Source: Octopus bimaculoides (taxonomy: Eukaryota). Taken from it: a DNA stretch of 64,000 bases. The translations under genes and the position numbers were made by a program. Below the pieces are notes generated by a model that ran no database searches, was not told where the DNA came from, and saw only the letters and a list, made by a program, of their open reading frames with translations. Shown here piece by piece: positions 26,270 to 38,825 of the stretch (positions are counted from its first letter, which is position 1; each line of letters starts with the position of its first letter). The stretch lies in NCBI RefSeq assembly GCF_001194135.2, contig NC_068988.1, positions 96,502,121-96,566,120 on the forward strand, written 5' to 3'.

Positions 26270-28404
26270 AAGGTGTGGGTAGACATCTTCATTACCAGAC
26301 GACGTCAGTTGCAAAATAAGCAAATAAGATAAAATAGAACTTGAAAACCGAAATTTTATATAACTGTCATAAATCATACATTTAAAAAGCTAACAAGAGT
26401 GTCATTAAACGGTCGCCCAAACTTTTAGAAATAGCAGCTAAATTCTCCCTCGAGTCAAACCGAACGGCCTAAAGTAAGAATGATACGTGTAATTCCCAAA
26501 AATGACGTGAAGCATGGGTTGGAACATTTCAATCGAGATTGAGTTCAAAGGAAATAGCAACGCCTTTAAACTGACAATGATTATAAAATCATTGTCAGTT
26601 ACGAATATAGATGAGTAAATGTGAAGTGCAGCTGAACCAGGCGGTATTTATACTAACGATAGCTGGAAAACCGAAATAGATAGGCTATACATACANNNNN
26701 NNNNNNNNNNNNNNNNNNNNNNNNNNNNNNNNNNNNNNNNNNNNNNNNNNNNNNNNNNNNNNNNNNNNNNNNNNNNNNNNNNNNNNNNNNNNNNNNNNNN
26801 NNNNNNNNNNNNNNNNNNNNNNNNNNNNNNNNNNNNNNNNNNNNNNNNNNNNNNNNNNNNNNNNNNNNNNNNNNNNNNNNNNNNNNNNNNNNNNNNNNNN
26901 NNNNNNNNNNNNNNNNNNNNNNNNNNNNNNNNNNNNNNNNNNNNNNNNNNNNNNNNNNNNNNNNNNNNNNNNNNNNNNNNNNNNNNNNNNNNNNNNNNNN
27001 NNNNNNNNNNNNNNNNNNNNNNNNNNNNNNNNNNNNNNNNNNNNNNNNNNNNNNNNNNNNNNNNNNNNNNNNNNNNNNNNNNNNNNNNNNNNNNNNNNNN
27101 NNNNNNNNNNNNNNNNNNNNNNNNNNNNNNNNNNNNNNNNNNNNNNNNNNNNNNNNNNNNNNNNNNNNNNNNNNNNNNNNNNNNNNNNNNNNNNNNNNNN
27201 NNNNNNNNNNNNNNNNNNNNNNNNNNNNNNNNNNNNNNNNNNNNNNNNNNNNNNNNNNNNNNNNNNNNNNNNNNNNNNNNNNNNNNNNNNNNNNNNNNNN
27301 NNNNNNNNNNNNNNNNNNNNNNNNNNNNNNNNNNNNNNNNNNNNNNNNNNNNNNNNNNNNNNNNNNNNNNNNNNNNNNNNNNNNNNNNNNNNNNNNNNNN
27401 NNNNNNNNNNNNNNNNNNNNNNNNNNNNNNNNNNNNNNNNNNNNNNNNNNNNNNNNNNNNNNNNNNNNNNNNNNNNNNNNNNNNNNNNNNNNNNNNNNNN
27501 NNNNNNNNNNNNNNNNNNNNNNNNNNNNNNNNNNNNNNNNNNNNNNNNNNNNNNNNNNNNNNNNNNNNNNNNNNNNNNNNNNNNNNNNNNNNNNNNNTAT
27601 ATACATACATGTATGTATATATTCTTATGTATGTATATGTGTGTATTTATGTGCATTTATATTTCATGTTTATATATACATGTATGTATATATGTATGTA
27701 TAAGCCTAAATATACTGTTATATTGTTATGCATTTATAAGGAAGCATGTTCGCCCACACGTATGTATGTGTGTATGTATGTATGCATGTATGTATGTATG
27801 TGTGTATGTATGTATGCATGTATGTATGTATGTATGTATGTGTGTATGTACAGGAGTGTGTGTGGGTGTGTTTCTGATGAAATGAAGTTACAAAGCTCAG
27901 CATGTTGTCCAACATTCCTGTCTATTAGCCGCTCTTTATCTGCGTAATTTGTTCTATCGTGTCTAACAAATGGCGAATGCCTTCTCTTGCTATTCGTGGC
28001 ATTGGCGTTTACTTAGAACTGCCAAATATCGGCGAAAAGAAGGAGAAAATTAGCATAAATAATACAGCAAAATAGACAGCTTAATGTTATAGAGGGTCAA
28101 GAGACGACCTTTTAAAAGACATTTCAAGAGAGTAAATTCCATTCGGTTGGCGTAGATGTTCCCTTTGCTTGGAGTTGTTTGCTTTGTAATTAAAACATGC
28201 TGAAAACTAAGATATTTCCGTTCCCGTTTATTCTTCCTTGTTTCTTTCTTTTTCTTTCCTTCTTCTCTTTGACACTTTCAACCTCCGCTGATTGAGATGA
28301 CTACAGATGTTTCTGGACTTTTGCTCAGAAATGTTGAATTCTAGTTTTATGAGAAATGTCACAACAGAAAAAAATACGGAAATATTGATTTCTAAGTGAC
28401 AAAA

Positions 28405-28595
28405 GCAGTGAGCTGGCAGAATCGGTAAGGCGCCAGCAAAATTACTTAGCGGAATATCTTGCGGCTCTTTACGTTCTGAGTTCAAATTCCGCTAAGGTCA
28501 ATTTTACTTTTCACTCCATCGAGGTCGATAAGATATATTAACAGTCAAGTAGTGGGTTCAATGTAATAAACTTGTCTCATCCCCTCAAGAATTGC
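28405..28595 (+). mobile_element. SINE family A; an inverted degenerate partner lies at about 28915-29110
   Basis: GAGCTGGCAGAATCG...CTTAGCGG...TTTACGTTCTGAGTTCAAATTCCGC...GAGGTCGATAA. Confidence 0.75.
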
Positions 28596-29286
28596 TGGTT
28601 TTGAACCCTGTAACAGGTCAGCGTCCTGTTCAAGGGAACTTTGTGATCCCGGTCACTTATAAGACATGCAAACCAGGTAACCGGCCGTGTCAGACCTCAG
28701 AGCTCGAGAAAAGAAAAAAAAGGAAAACTTAGTGACAAGCAAACAACATTTCTAGAGAGGGTGCGTCATATAGACGTGAGTAAAGACCATTCCAGAACAA
28801 GATTCGAGTCTAGCTCCTGTTTATACGGATGACTGCATGGGAAACCGAGGTGTGGTATGCATCCATTATTCACTAGCGATAGTATCGGATGGCTACAGAT
28901 TTCGGGATAAAACTAGGAAAACGATAGGTACTAGGCCAAGAATTTAGTGACGTTGCATTGACTTCAGTATTTGACTGATATTACATTTTATCGGAAATAA
29001 TGTTTAAAACTAAGTTGACTCTGACCGAATTTTATCAGAGAGGGACAGTAAAGAGCCGTGACGAAACACTACGAGGCGTTTTGTTACTCTAACGATTCTG
29101 CCAGCGACCGTTTTCGCGTTCGTAGTAAGAACGATGATGTTTAACGCATACATTTTTGTTCTAATCATTTGTAAATGTCTTGTTTTTTATTAGAAAAATT
29201 GTGATATTGATATCTAAAGTGAATCAATAAAATGAATTGTGAGTGAAAGCGGCGAAAGATGTATGCTTGCATATANNNNNNNNNNN

Positions 29287-29317
<31 letters not shown>

Positions 29318-29470
29318 TTATATGCATGTATATACATATATATGCATATATATATGTATGTATATATGTGTGTATGTATGTACATTTATATATATATATA
29401 TATATATGCATATATACATCTATGTATATATATATACGTATACATATACATATACATATATACATTTATG

Positions 29471-29502
<32 letters not shown>

Positions 29503-29624
29503 GTGGTTTATTGAGAGGGAAGGTTGTGGACTTTTTTCGTATCGAAGTACGATAAGCTGAAAAATGTTCTTTTTACATTTCACGGTAGGCGACCAGGGTC
29601 ACCAGGTATGCGGATAAGAATACG

Positions 29625-29942
29625 AGAGTTAAGGAATGGAGGAGATAAGATCCGAGCTGCATATGTTTCATGGCGAGTGCAACCTTAGATGAGGTAAATA
29701 TCCACGCGAGGTGTATAGCGCAGGCTGCTCGTCAGACCAAGGGTATCCGGATTGAATGAAACTTGTTAACAGATGGAAGAACCGATAATTCTGATCGATT
29801 CTTGCGACAATGTAAACTTGCTTTCAATCAAGATATCTTTGGCCTGACGAATACACCTCGCTTGGATATTTACCACTTCCGAGATTCTACTCGCTATGAA
29901 ACATATGTAGCCTGCATCTTATCGACTCTATTTCTTAACTCT
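29625..29942. repeat. 318-bp imperfect palindrome (fold-back), loop at 29787-29793
   Basis: Arms aligned by eye along their length, e.g. left CATATGTTTCATGGCGAGT...GGTAAATATCCACGCGAGGTGTAT against the right-arm reverse complement CATATGTTTCATAGCGAGT...GGTAAATATCCAAGCGAGGTGTAT. The innermost stem is AAGAACCGAT/ATCGATTCTT. Confidence 0.85.
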
Positions 29943-30004
<62 letters not shown>

Positions 30005-30016
30005 GTGTGTGTGCGC

Positions 30017-30055
<39 letters not shown>

Positions 30056-31040
30056 CTTCTCGTCTACGCGCGCATNNNNNNNNNNNNNNNNNNNNNNNNN
30101 NNNNNNNNNNNNNNNNNNNNNNNNNNNNNNNNNNNNNNNNNNNNNNNNNNNNNNNNNNNNNNNNNNNNNNNNNNNNNNNNNNNNNNNNNNNNNNNNNNNN
30201 NNNNNNNNNNNNNNNNNNNNNNNNNNNNNNNNNNNNNNNNNNNNNNNNNNNNNNNNNNNNNNNNNNNNNNNNNNNNNNNNNNNNNNNNNNNNNNNNNNNN
30301 NNNNNNNNNNNNNNNNNNNNNNNNNNNNNNNNNNNNNNNNNNNNNNNNNNNNNNNNNNNNNNNNNNNNNNNNNNNNNNNNNNNNNNNNNNNNNNNNNNNN
30401 NNNNNNNNNNNNNNNNNNNNNNNNNNNNNNNNNNNNNNNNNNNNNNNNNNNNNNNNNNNNNNNNNNNNNNNNNNNNNNNNNNNNNNNNNNNNNNNNNNNN
30501 NNNNNNNNNNNNNNNNNNNNNNNNNNNNNNNNNNNNNNNNNNNNNNNNNNNNNNNNNNNNNNNNNNNNNNNNNNNNNNNNNNNNNNNNNNNNNNNNNNNN
30601 NNNNNNNNNNNNNNNNNNNNNNNNNNNNNNNNNNNNNNNNNNNNNNNNNNNNNNNNNNNNNNNNNNNNNNNNNNNNNNNNNNNNNNNNNNNNNNNNNNNN
30701 NNNNNNNNNNNNNNNNNNNNNNNNNNNNNNNNNNNNNNNNNNNNNNNNNNNNNNNNNNNNNNNNNNNNNNNNNNNNNNNNNNNNNNNNNNNNNNNNNNNN
30801 NNNNNNNNNNNNNNNNNNNNNNNNNNNNNNNNNNNNNNNNNNNNNNNNNNNNNNNNNNNNNNNNNNNNNNNNNNNNNNNNNNNNNNNNNNNNNNNNNNNN
30901 NNNNNNNNNNNNNNNNNNNNNNNNNNNNNNNNNNNNNNNNNNNNNNNNNNNNNNNNNNNNNNNNNNNNNNNNNNNNNNNNNNNNNNNNNNNNNNNNNNNN
31001 NNNNNNNNNNNNNNNNNNNNNNNNNNNNNNNNNNNNNNNN

Positions 31041-31080
<40 letters not shown>

Positions 31081-31715
31081 AGAGGCACAAAAACAAACAT
31101 ACACATATATGTATATATGTATGTATAAGCTTTAAATTTGATAAGGAAGCATTAAGTGAATGGCAACGTTTTTGTAGCTTGAATTTTAAGAGAACGACTG
31201 GAGACAATTTGCGAAGCCCTGAAACATTAGAGCTTGTATGTAATGTTAATAATCGTTGTAAATGATCGAAATTTTCATTAAAATAGGAGAGGTGTGGTCG
31301 TTTTCTCAGATTTGTGCAAGTTTTTTCTCGTTAACTTACGATCCTATACATTTCACATGTAAGTCTGTGTTGTGTATCTTGGTGAATATCTAAGTTTTAT
31401 GTTTCGTCTTCTTATTTTCGTAATCTTATTGAATTTATTTTACTGAGATCTTGTTAATTCCAACAGTCGTCTGGTATAATTTTTTTCCCTCATAAAACCA
31501 CATCCTGAGTTAAATATTTCTCTCAACGATACTATTTTGTCTAACAAGATAATAGTTCTTATAATTCAAACATTTTATTCATTAGATAACTGACACCTAT
31601 AGAATATTTAATATTTAATCGAGCTTCCTCTAATTAGCTTAAAAATGATATTTTGTTTTGTAGTAATTTCTGAATCTGTTCAGTGTTAAATTTTTAAACA
31701 CCTGGGAATATCAGG

Positions 31716-31830
31716 TATCTCTATAAAGCCACCATTCAACCTAACATTGAATTTTGCTCTCATCTCTCGGCTGGTCTCACTTCTGAGTGTCTTAACTAGC
31801 TTGATCGAATTCAGAATCGAATTGTGTGGT
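31716..31830 (+). mobile_element. Short CR1/Jockey-group LINE RT C-terminal fragment
   Basis: Translates YLYKATIQPNIEFCSHLSAGLTSECLN*LDRIQNRIV, resembling the LYKxxIRPxxEYCSHxWxG....L..LDxxQxRI motif after the RT thumb. One in-frame stop. Confidence 0.5.
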
Positions 31831-31971
31831 AAATAAATTGTCTAAATTACGCAAAAATGAAAATAATATTGACGTCTCATTTTAACAAGATATATTTACC
31901 AAAATTACATAAAAACATCTTGAAATATCAAAAAGTAAATTTATTCAATAAAATCGATATTGGTTTTAAAT

Positions 31972-32708
31972 ACGGCCTCCAGATGCCTTCGGAATCTCCT
32001 GCAACTCTTCTGGACAGTCTCCTTGTTTAAGTTGGTGAATGCTGCCATAATCCGTGGTTTCAGTTCATCTTTGATGCTATAAGGAGTTTTGTTGGTCTCT
32101 CACTCAACTGCGTCCCACACATAATAATCAAGGGGGGCTGCAGTCTGGGGAGTTAGGTGGACAGATGTTAAGGGTGATGTGGTCGCAGAAATTGTCTGAT
32201 AGCCATGACTGGGTTCCTCTGCAGAGCCCTGTTGCCAGACATAGGCTCTTCCAGCAGCCACCCTCTTGACCCAGGCAGCACTACCTCCGCCAGGCATTTG
32301 ATGTAGCCCCTCTGAGGCCGTGTCATCACTAGTAATCATTTCAAACACCATGATGTTGATTGGATGTTTGATTTTCATCACTCTTGATGCGTGTCATCAG
32401 ATTGTACTCTCTTCAGATTGACAACCAAACTCTCTAAAATGTTCGTATTGGAGATTCCGGCACGAATGCCAAGCAGTATAGCATTTCATTTCCAAATTTC
32501 TGGCAGAGTAAATTGTGTCATAGTGCTGTTTCTCTCACAGACGGAACTCAACTGACCCTACTATACTGTTTAGTCGACAAAATCAATAACAAACAATGTT
32601 TGTGCATGTTCTTGAATTTATCAATGTTCTAGTTAGTGGCGAATATTATTATTCTGGCTAAAATTCCCGAAATTCAAAACGTCCTCCTACTTTTGATAAG
32701 CCTTCCCT
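31972..32708 (-). mobile_element. Tc1/mariner (maT/DD37D-like) transposon, internally deleted and 3'-truncated, with transposase pseudogene
   Basis: Minus strand N-terminus MTQFTLPEIWK*NAILLGIRAGISNTNILESLVVNLKRVQ (about 32521-32402) is joined to catalytic-domain pieces KIKHPINIMVFEMITSD / YIKCLAEVVL / WVKRVAAGRAYVWQQGSA / TQSWLSDNFCDHITLNICPPNSPDCSPLDYYVWDAVE*ETNKTPYSIKDELKPRIMAAFTNLNKETVQKSCRRFRRHLEAV, across frameshifts. A TIR-like end lies near 32670-32708. The SPDxxPLD motif indicates a DDxD enzyme; the 37-residue spacing is inferred because of a small deletion. Confidence 0.85.
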
Positions 32709-32809
32709 TTTTATGCAACCGAATCTACATTACATAAAAGTTCTAAGATTTCTTGTGATTTCATTGTTTGACAAACTGAAATTTTGAAGTAAGAGTCATT
32801 TAGTTAAAT

Positions 32810-32914
<105 letters not shown>

Positions 32915-33749
32915 CTATATGTGTCACTGTATGTGTGTGATTATGTGAATGTGATGGACGCTGCTACGAACATGTAACTCGGTGCATGGTTGGGTTGTTG
33001 GTAAACTAAACGACCAGTCTTACCGAGCCAACTTGAAGAGGAAGTTGGTTTTTCAATATCCTGAGAGCTGAAAATCAAAACATATCAAAATGCGGATAAA
33101 CTCAGTAGAGTCAACGACCATCCAATAGTTTGTGTGTATGTTGCGTGCGTGTACGTGCGCGAATGTGTGTGTATGTGTGTGTTTATGTACATGTATATAG
33201 GCATACTCACACAAACACACACACATATGCACGCACATGATAAAGCTATAAACAAAAGGGAGTAGATTTGGGGTTAAAATCCCTTTGGATGAAGAAAGTC
33301 GAGTTCCATCGTTAAAGACGAATCATTTCATGTCTCGAAGTTTCTAAGTTGTTATGACGTAAACAACACACACACACACACGCGCGCGCGTGTGCATGTA
33401 TGTACGTATGTGTGTGTGCGTATATATATGAGTGTTTGCACGTTCGGTTTTTGAAGTCTTCGGCCATCTTGCAATTTTTAATTTACTTTTTACTCATCAA
33501 CTCCTAAATTTTAGAGAATGGTGTACGTGCCGCACAAACCGTTTGTCATTATATAATTTGATAGGATTTCGTAGGATTTGATTGTGAATTTTTCTCTCAT
33601 TTTAAATGGTGGCTCGAGTTTCTTGAAACTGAAAACAGATGGAGTATCGTATTGGCGTATGACAACGAGATATAGCCATTTCCGTTTTTTCCGTAGTATA
33701 AAGGGAAACAGCCGTAGTCATCTGATCGCAGGCGTGAATGCAGAATCTA

Positions 33750-33763
33750 CGGAAGTGACGTCA
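33750..33763. promoter_or_regulatory. ETS-CRE composite motif CGGAAGTGACGTCA
   Basis: Exact overlap of an ETS core (CGGAAGT) and a palindromic CRE (TGACGTCA) in a locally CpG-richer stretch. ATTGG lies at 33651-33655 and a YY1-like CGGCCATCTTG at 33461-33471. Function is inferred from motif only. Confidence 0.4.
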
Positions 33764-33952
33764 TAGGTGGCGTCTTCGTATTACCTTACTGAAGCATGTG
33801 CTCGTGATGGCGTGAGCTTATGACAAGGGAATGCTACACCTCAAAAGGGGAGGAAAGCATGATGGTGGCCATACTTCACAGCGAGATGACAGCACCCCAC
33901 CCGAATATGGCAAATATTCGTGTGCATATGTATGAGTGTGTCTCTATGTTTG

Positions 33953-33985
<33 letters not shown>

Positions 33986-34105
33986 ATGTGTGTGTGTGTG
34001 TATGTGTGTGCATATGCAATGAGTATGGCGGTATTTACACATGTTTTCTACTCAATAAAATACATATTACACGTTCATCACACAGATGCGCCCACACTTA
34101 AACAA

Positions 34106-34143
<38 letters not shown>

Positions 34144-34220
34144 CTTTTATACATTTTGTGTATATGTATTTATTTATTCCCCTATATTCGCTTGCGTATA
34201 TTTGTGTATATATATATATA

Positions 34221-34282
<62 letters not shown>

Positions 34283-34375
34283 ATGCGTATGTATGTATAT
34301 ATTGTGTGTGCGTATGTGTGTGCCCCTCTCTCTGCCCTCCCTCTCAGTCTCTCTCCCTCTCGGTTTCTCCCCCCC

Positions 34376-34410
<35 letters not shown>

Positions 34411-34991
34411 TTCATATGTATTAAACACTCGTCACGTTCTCTACAGCAATATCTATTCATACGAATGTACATTTTCGTTATTATAAACACGAGCACTTGC
34501 ATAAATATTATTAACAAAAGCTTGTTTTAGTTTTATTTGAGACAAGCCAGATCGTGTCGAAAGATAGCTCGAATACATCCTTCGTCCTAATGATATATGA
34601 CAGAGAATATTATTTATTATAAAATACACCGAAAGAAAATTAATGCTACATGTGTTATTTATCATTCCTTCTTACATGTATACGTAGAGAGAGAGAGAGA
34701 GAGAGTAATGCTTGTTATAGTTTTTGTTGTCTATGTAGAGAATGCTGTGTGGTCCCCACATAATATAGTTACAGCTTCAGAGACAATGCTTCCGTGCGTG
34801 CGCATGCGTGTGTGGGTGTAATTTGAGGATTCGTCTCTGTATGGCTTTAATCCTTTATCCATTGATAGATGTTTTTACAAGACATTGTTCTTTCTTATGA
34901 ATAATATATTAATGTCGTATTGTTTACCGTTGTCAGACTACAAAAAAAAATATATATGGAATCAGTGATGGTCGTTATTGTTTCGATACAA

Positions 34992-35178
34992 GACGGTGAG
35001 CTGGCTGAAACGTTAGCACGCCGGGCGAAACGCTTAGCGGAATTTCGCCTGTCTTCACGTTCTGAGTTCAAATTACGCAGAGGTTGACTTTGCCTTTCAT
35101 CCTTTCAGGGTCGATAAATTAAGTAGCAGCTGCATACTGGGGTCGATCTAATCGACTGGCCCCCTCCCCCCAAAACTT
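34992..35178 (+). mobile_element. SINE family A, 3' tail missing
   Basis: GGTGAGCTGGCTGAAACGTTAGCACGCCGGGCGAAACGCTTAGCGG...GACTTTGCCTTTCATCCTTTCAGGGTCGATAAATTAAG...GACTGGCCCCCTCCCCCCAAAA. Confidence 0.85.
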
Positions 35179-35198
35179 TATACATATATACATATATA

Positions 35199-35347
35199 CG
35201 ACGGGCTTCTTTCAGTTTCCGTCTACCAAATCCACTCACAAGGCCTTGGTAGAAGACACTTGCCCAAGGTGCCACGCAGTGGGACTGAACCCGGAACCAT
35301 GTGGTTCGTAACCAAGCTACTTACCACACAACCACTCCTACGCCTGT
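35199..35347 (-). mobile_element. CORE-type SINE family B (5' module)
   Basis: Reverse complement reads ...GGTTCAGTCCCACTGCGTGGCACCTTGGGCAAGTGTCTTCT...GTGAGTGGATTTGGTAGACGGAAACTGAAAGAAGCCCGTCG. A further degenerate copy is at 35828-35916 (-). Confidence 0.85.
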
Positions 35348-36570
35348 ATTGCCTATATATATNNNNNNNNNNNNNNNNNNNNNNNNNNNNNNNNNNNNNN
35401 NNNNNNNNNNNNNNNNNNNNNNNNNNNNNNNNNNNNNNNNNNNNNNNNNNNNNNNNNNNNNNNNNNNNNNNNNNNNNNNNNNNNNNNNNNNNNNNNNNNN
35501 NNNNNNNNNNNNNNNNNNNNNNNNNNNNNNNNNNNNNNNNNNNNNNNNNNNNNNNNNNNNNNNNNNNNNNNNNNNNNNNNNNNNNNNNNNNNNNNNNNNN
35601 NNNNNNNNNNNNNNNNNNNNNNNNNNATATATATATATATATATAGGCAATATTAAATCTCTGAGCGAGAAGTAAATACTAGCAGTACGGAATCGTAAAA
35701 TATAATTGCCAACTAGATGTGGCGGTCCTTTAGAGGACGATGCTACTGTTTTGCCCCAGGAGATGTCCTCCTGGGGCTAAAAACAACAGTAGCATCGTCC
35801 TCTATGGGACCGCCACATTTAGTTGGCAATTATAGTAGAAGACGCTTCCCCAAGGTGTCACGGAGTGAGACTGGACACAAACCATGTGGTTGGGAAGGAA
35901 GCTTGTTAGCACACAGTTTGCTTAGCCTGAAATCACTTTCAAGAGACACATTCACTTTTTCTTCCAATAACTTCTTTTCTTTAATTTTTCTCAACAACGC
36001 AACTGTTTTCTTATCGAAAACGAAACAATAACAAGTGAAAGTCTGTAAGTTCTTCGTTTGCTTAAATTATTAGTCTTTTAAATGAAGTTTCCACCGTAAA
36101 ACAAAACCAAAATGCACACCAAGACTATTTCTAGGCTCACTTACCCATCTCCTCTGCCACATACAACCCATCTACGCTTATATTTTCCATCTAATTTGTA
36201 TACATTAGGCTTAGGTTTGTTGTCTTTACTTCGTTATTATTGCCAGTATTATATTTATTTGTTTACATATAGATGTCTCCCCGTTTGTGCGTGGGTGTTA
36301 TGGATACTGGTGTTTGGACGATCGTTAATTAAGTGCTGGCCTTTCGCTGACACGCCGAGCAGAGGTCATTATCACTGCTCACACAGACGGTCACTGAAGG
36401 TCTCTAACACAAACAAAAGATATAATTAAACAAGCTAACGAGATAATGTCACACAAGCATTTGTAGGAAGCAAATTACATGTTTATATTTATCTACTCTC
36501 GTTCACAAATTTATCAAAAGTTTCGGAAAAACACATATATAAATCTCCACCCTACTCTCGCAATACATTT

Positions 36571-36626
<56 letters not shown>

Positions 36627-37031
36627 NNNNNNNNNNNNNNNNNNNNNNNNNNNNNNNNNNNNNNNNNNNNNNNNNNNNNNNNNNNNNNNNNNNNNNNNNN
36701 NNNNNNNNNNNNNNNNNNNNNNNNNNNNNNNNNNNNNNNNNNNNNNNNNNNNNNNNNNNNNNNNNNNNNNNNNNNNNNNNNNNNNNNNNNNNNNNNNNNN
36801 NNNNNNNNNNNNNNNNNNNNNNNNNNNNNNNNNNNNNNNNNNNNNNNNNNNNNNNNNNNNNNNNNNNNNNNNNNNNNNNNNNNNNNNNNNNNNNNNNNNN
36901 NNNNNNNNNNNNNNNNNNNNNNNNNNNNNNNNNNNNNNNNNNNNNNNNNNNNNNNNNNNNNNNNNNNNNNNNNNNNNNNNNNNNNNNNNNNNNNNNNNNN
37001 NNNNNNNNNNNNNNNNNNNNNNNNNNNNNNN

Positions 37032-37070
<39 letters not shown>

Positions 37071-38825
37071 GAAGCTATGTCGCATGTTTTTTAAATGAAG
37101 TTTTTCATTGAATGCAATCTGAAAATGTGTTTTCCTAAGTAATTAGGTCAATATTGTTTTAATAAACCTGGAGGAATGAGAAGCATTGCAATTTAATTAA
37201 CGCTAGTCAAAATAACTTCTTAAAACTCTTTTTTTCTTTCATGGACCCGTCTGACTGAAGTCTCATCTTTGTTTTCAGTGATTTGAACAACGCTAAATAT
37301 GATGAAATAAGTCTGAATAGGCTAATTAGTTTCCATTGCTTCCATCGTCTGTGTTTGTTGTTCTCAAATTACTTTTGTCATGAAACCTTTATAACAATGT
37401 CTCCCAGTTTTCCGTCGCTCATTTCTCTCTCCTTTCATGCATGCAGTTCTATAAGCGTTCCCATTTGAAAATATAACAATTTAGTGTGCGCGAAGCATTG
37501 TGGGATATTAAATTAGCGAAAAACTTGTTTAAGTCGAAACATAACAAAATGAAGTACAGAATTGAAAGCTAAACAGCGGTTGAAATTTTGCTTTGTATCT
37601 GTTCGATATATCGGGATCAGGGGCTCTTCATCAATATACGAGGTGAAATGGAATATGCAATAAAGTTATTTTCTTTGCTTAGAATTCAACTGTTGCTCGA
37701 TCTTCACTTTTGTATTTCATTTTGCATTATTTCAGCCTTAACACGTTTTTATTCAGTAAATAAATAATATAAAACGAACAACCGATTATTTTAACCAAAC
37801 AGAAGATAATTTGTCGGAGCGATTTTTATCTATATTTTCTCGTACAATTTCATCCAGCATGTTTGTTTGTTTTTTTTAGATCTTTGTGTGGACTTGGTTA
37901 AATTGTTATGGAAATTATTAAAAGAGGCGCGGACATATCTAATGAGATCATCCTAAATATGTACATTATTAGTAATGTTTCTACAGACTGATGACACAAT
38001 ATTTATTCATATTAATTAATTGCTAGCAGGGACACCGTATTTCGTTATGCAGCCATGATATGCTACAAAGCTATTCTAAAGACATTGTTTATACAGATGC
38101 TATCGCATACTAAACGTCGTAACTTTCAGTCGTGGCTCTAATGTTGATAGAAAATCTGTAGAAATAATTTTGAAAAGTTGTTCATATTTAATCCCTACAA
38201 ACATGGCTTTGAAATGGAAAATAAAATGCGTTGTACGTGGTTTAAACGATCTTTGGAGCCATAACCACCCAGTAGCACACCCTTATGGTGTTACCATGTC
38301 ATTTCACTCCGTCGTATGAGTTTACAGCACCTCTAAGAAGCTGAAGACCCACTGTCCTATACGATATTTTATAAACTATGAAACCCGTACACATATTTTA
38401 CACACAATACACGACCACCGTCACATTAATTTTAATGAGGTATTCAATGAAACATTGTTTTAGAGAGACAATGTATTCATATATATATATATANNNNNNN
38501 NNNTAATATTTCTAAGTCTCTCTAAAGGAGACTACGGCAGCGGTACTGGAAATTAATAGTTATCGCCAAGCCAACATGGCAGTCCCAAAATTAGGACGAA
38601 AGCTGCCGTGAATTAGCTCCAAGAAGCCATCGCCTCTAGCTAGCTATGTGACACACGAAACCTGTGTCCTTTATAACCTTCGAACAGGGGAGGTCAGCAG
38701 TGTCCCCCTGCTGGTTTGGCATCTGCAGACTAGTTTCAGGGTGTTGCCCCTTGTCAATGCAGAGCAGCCAAGCCATAGCCAGGCGGCGCTGCTGACTATA
38801 TATATACATATATATATATATATAA

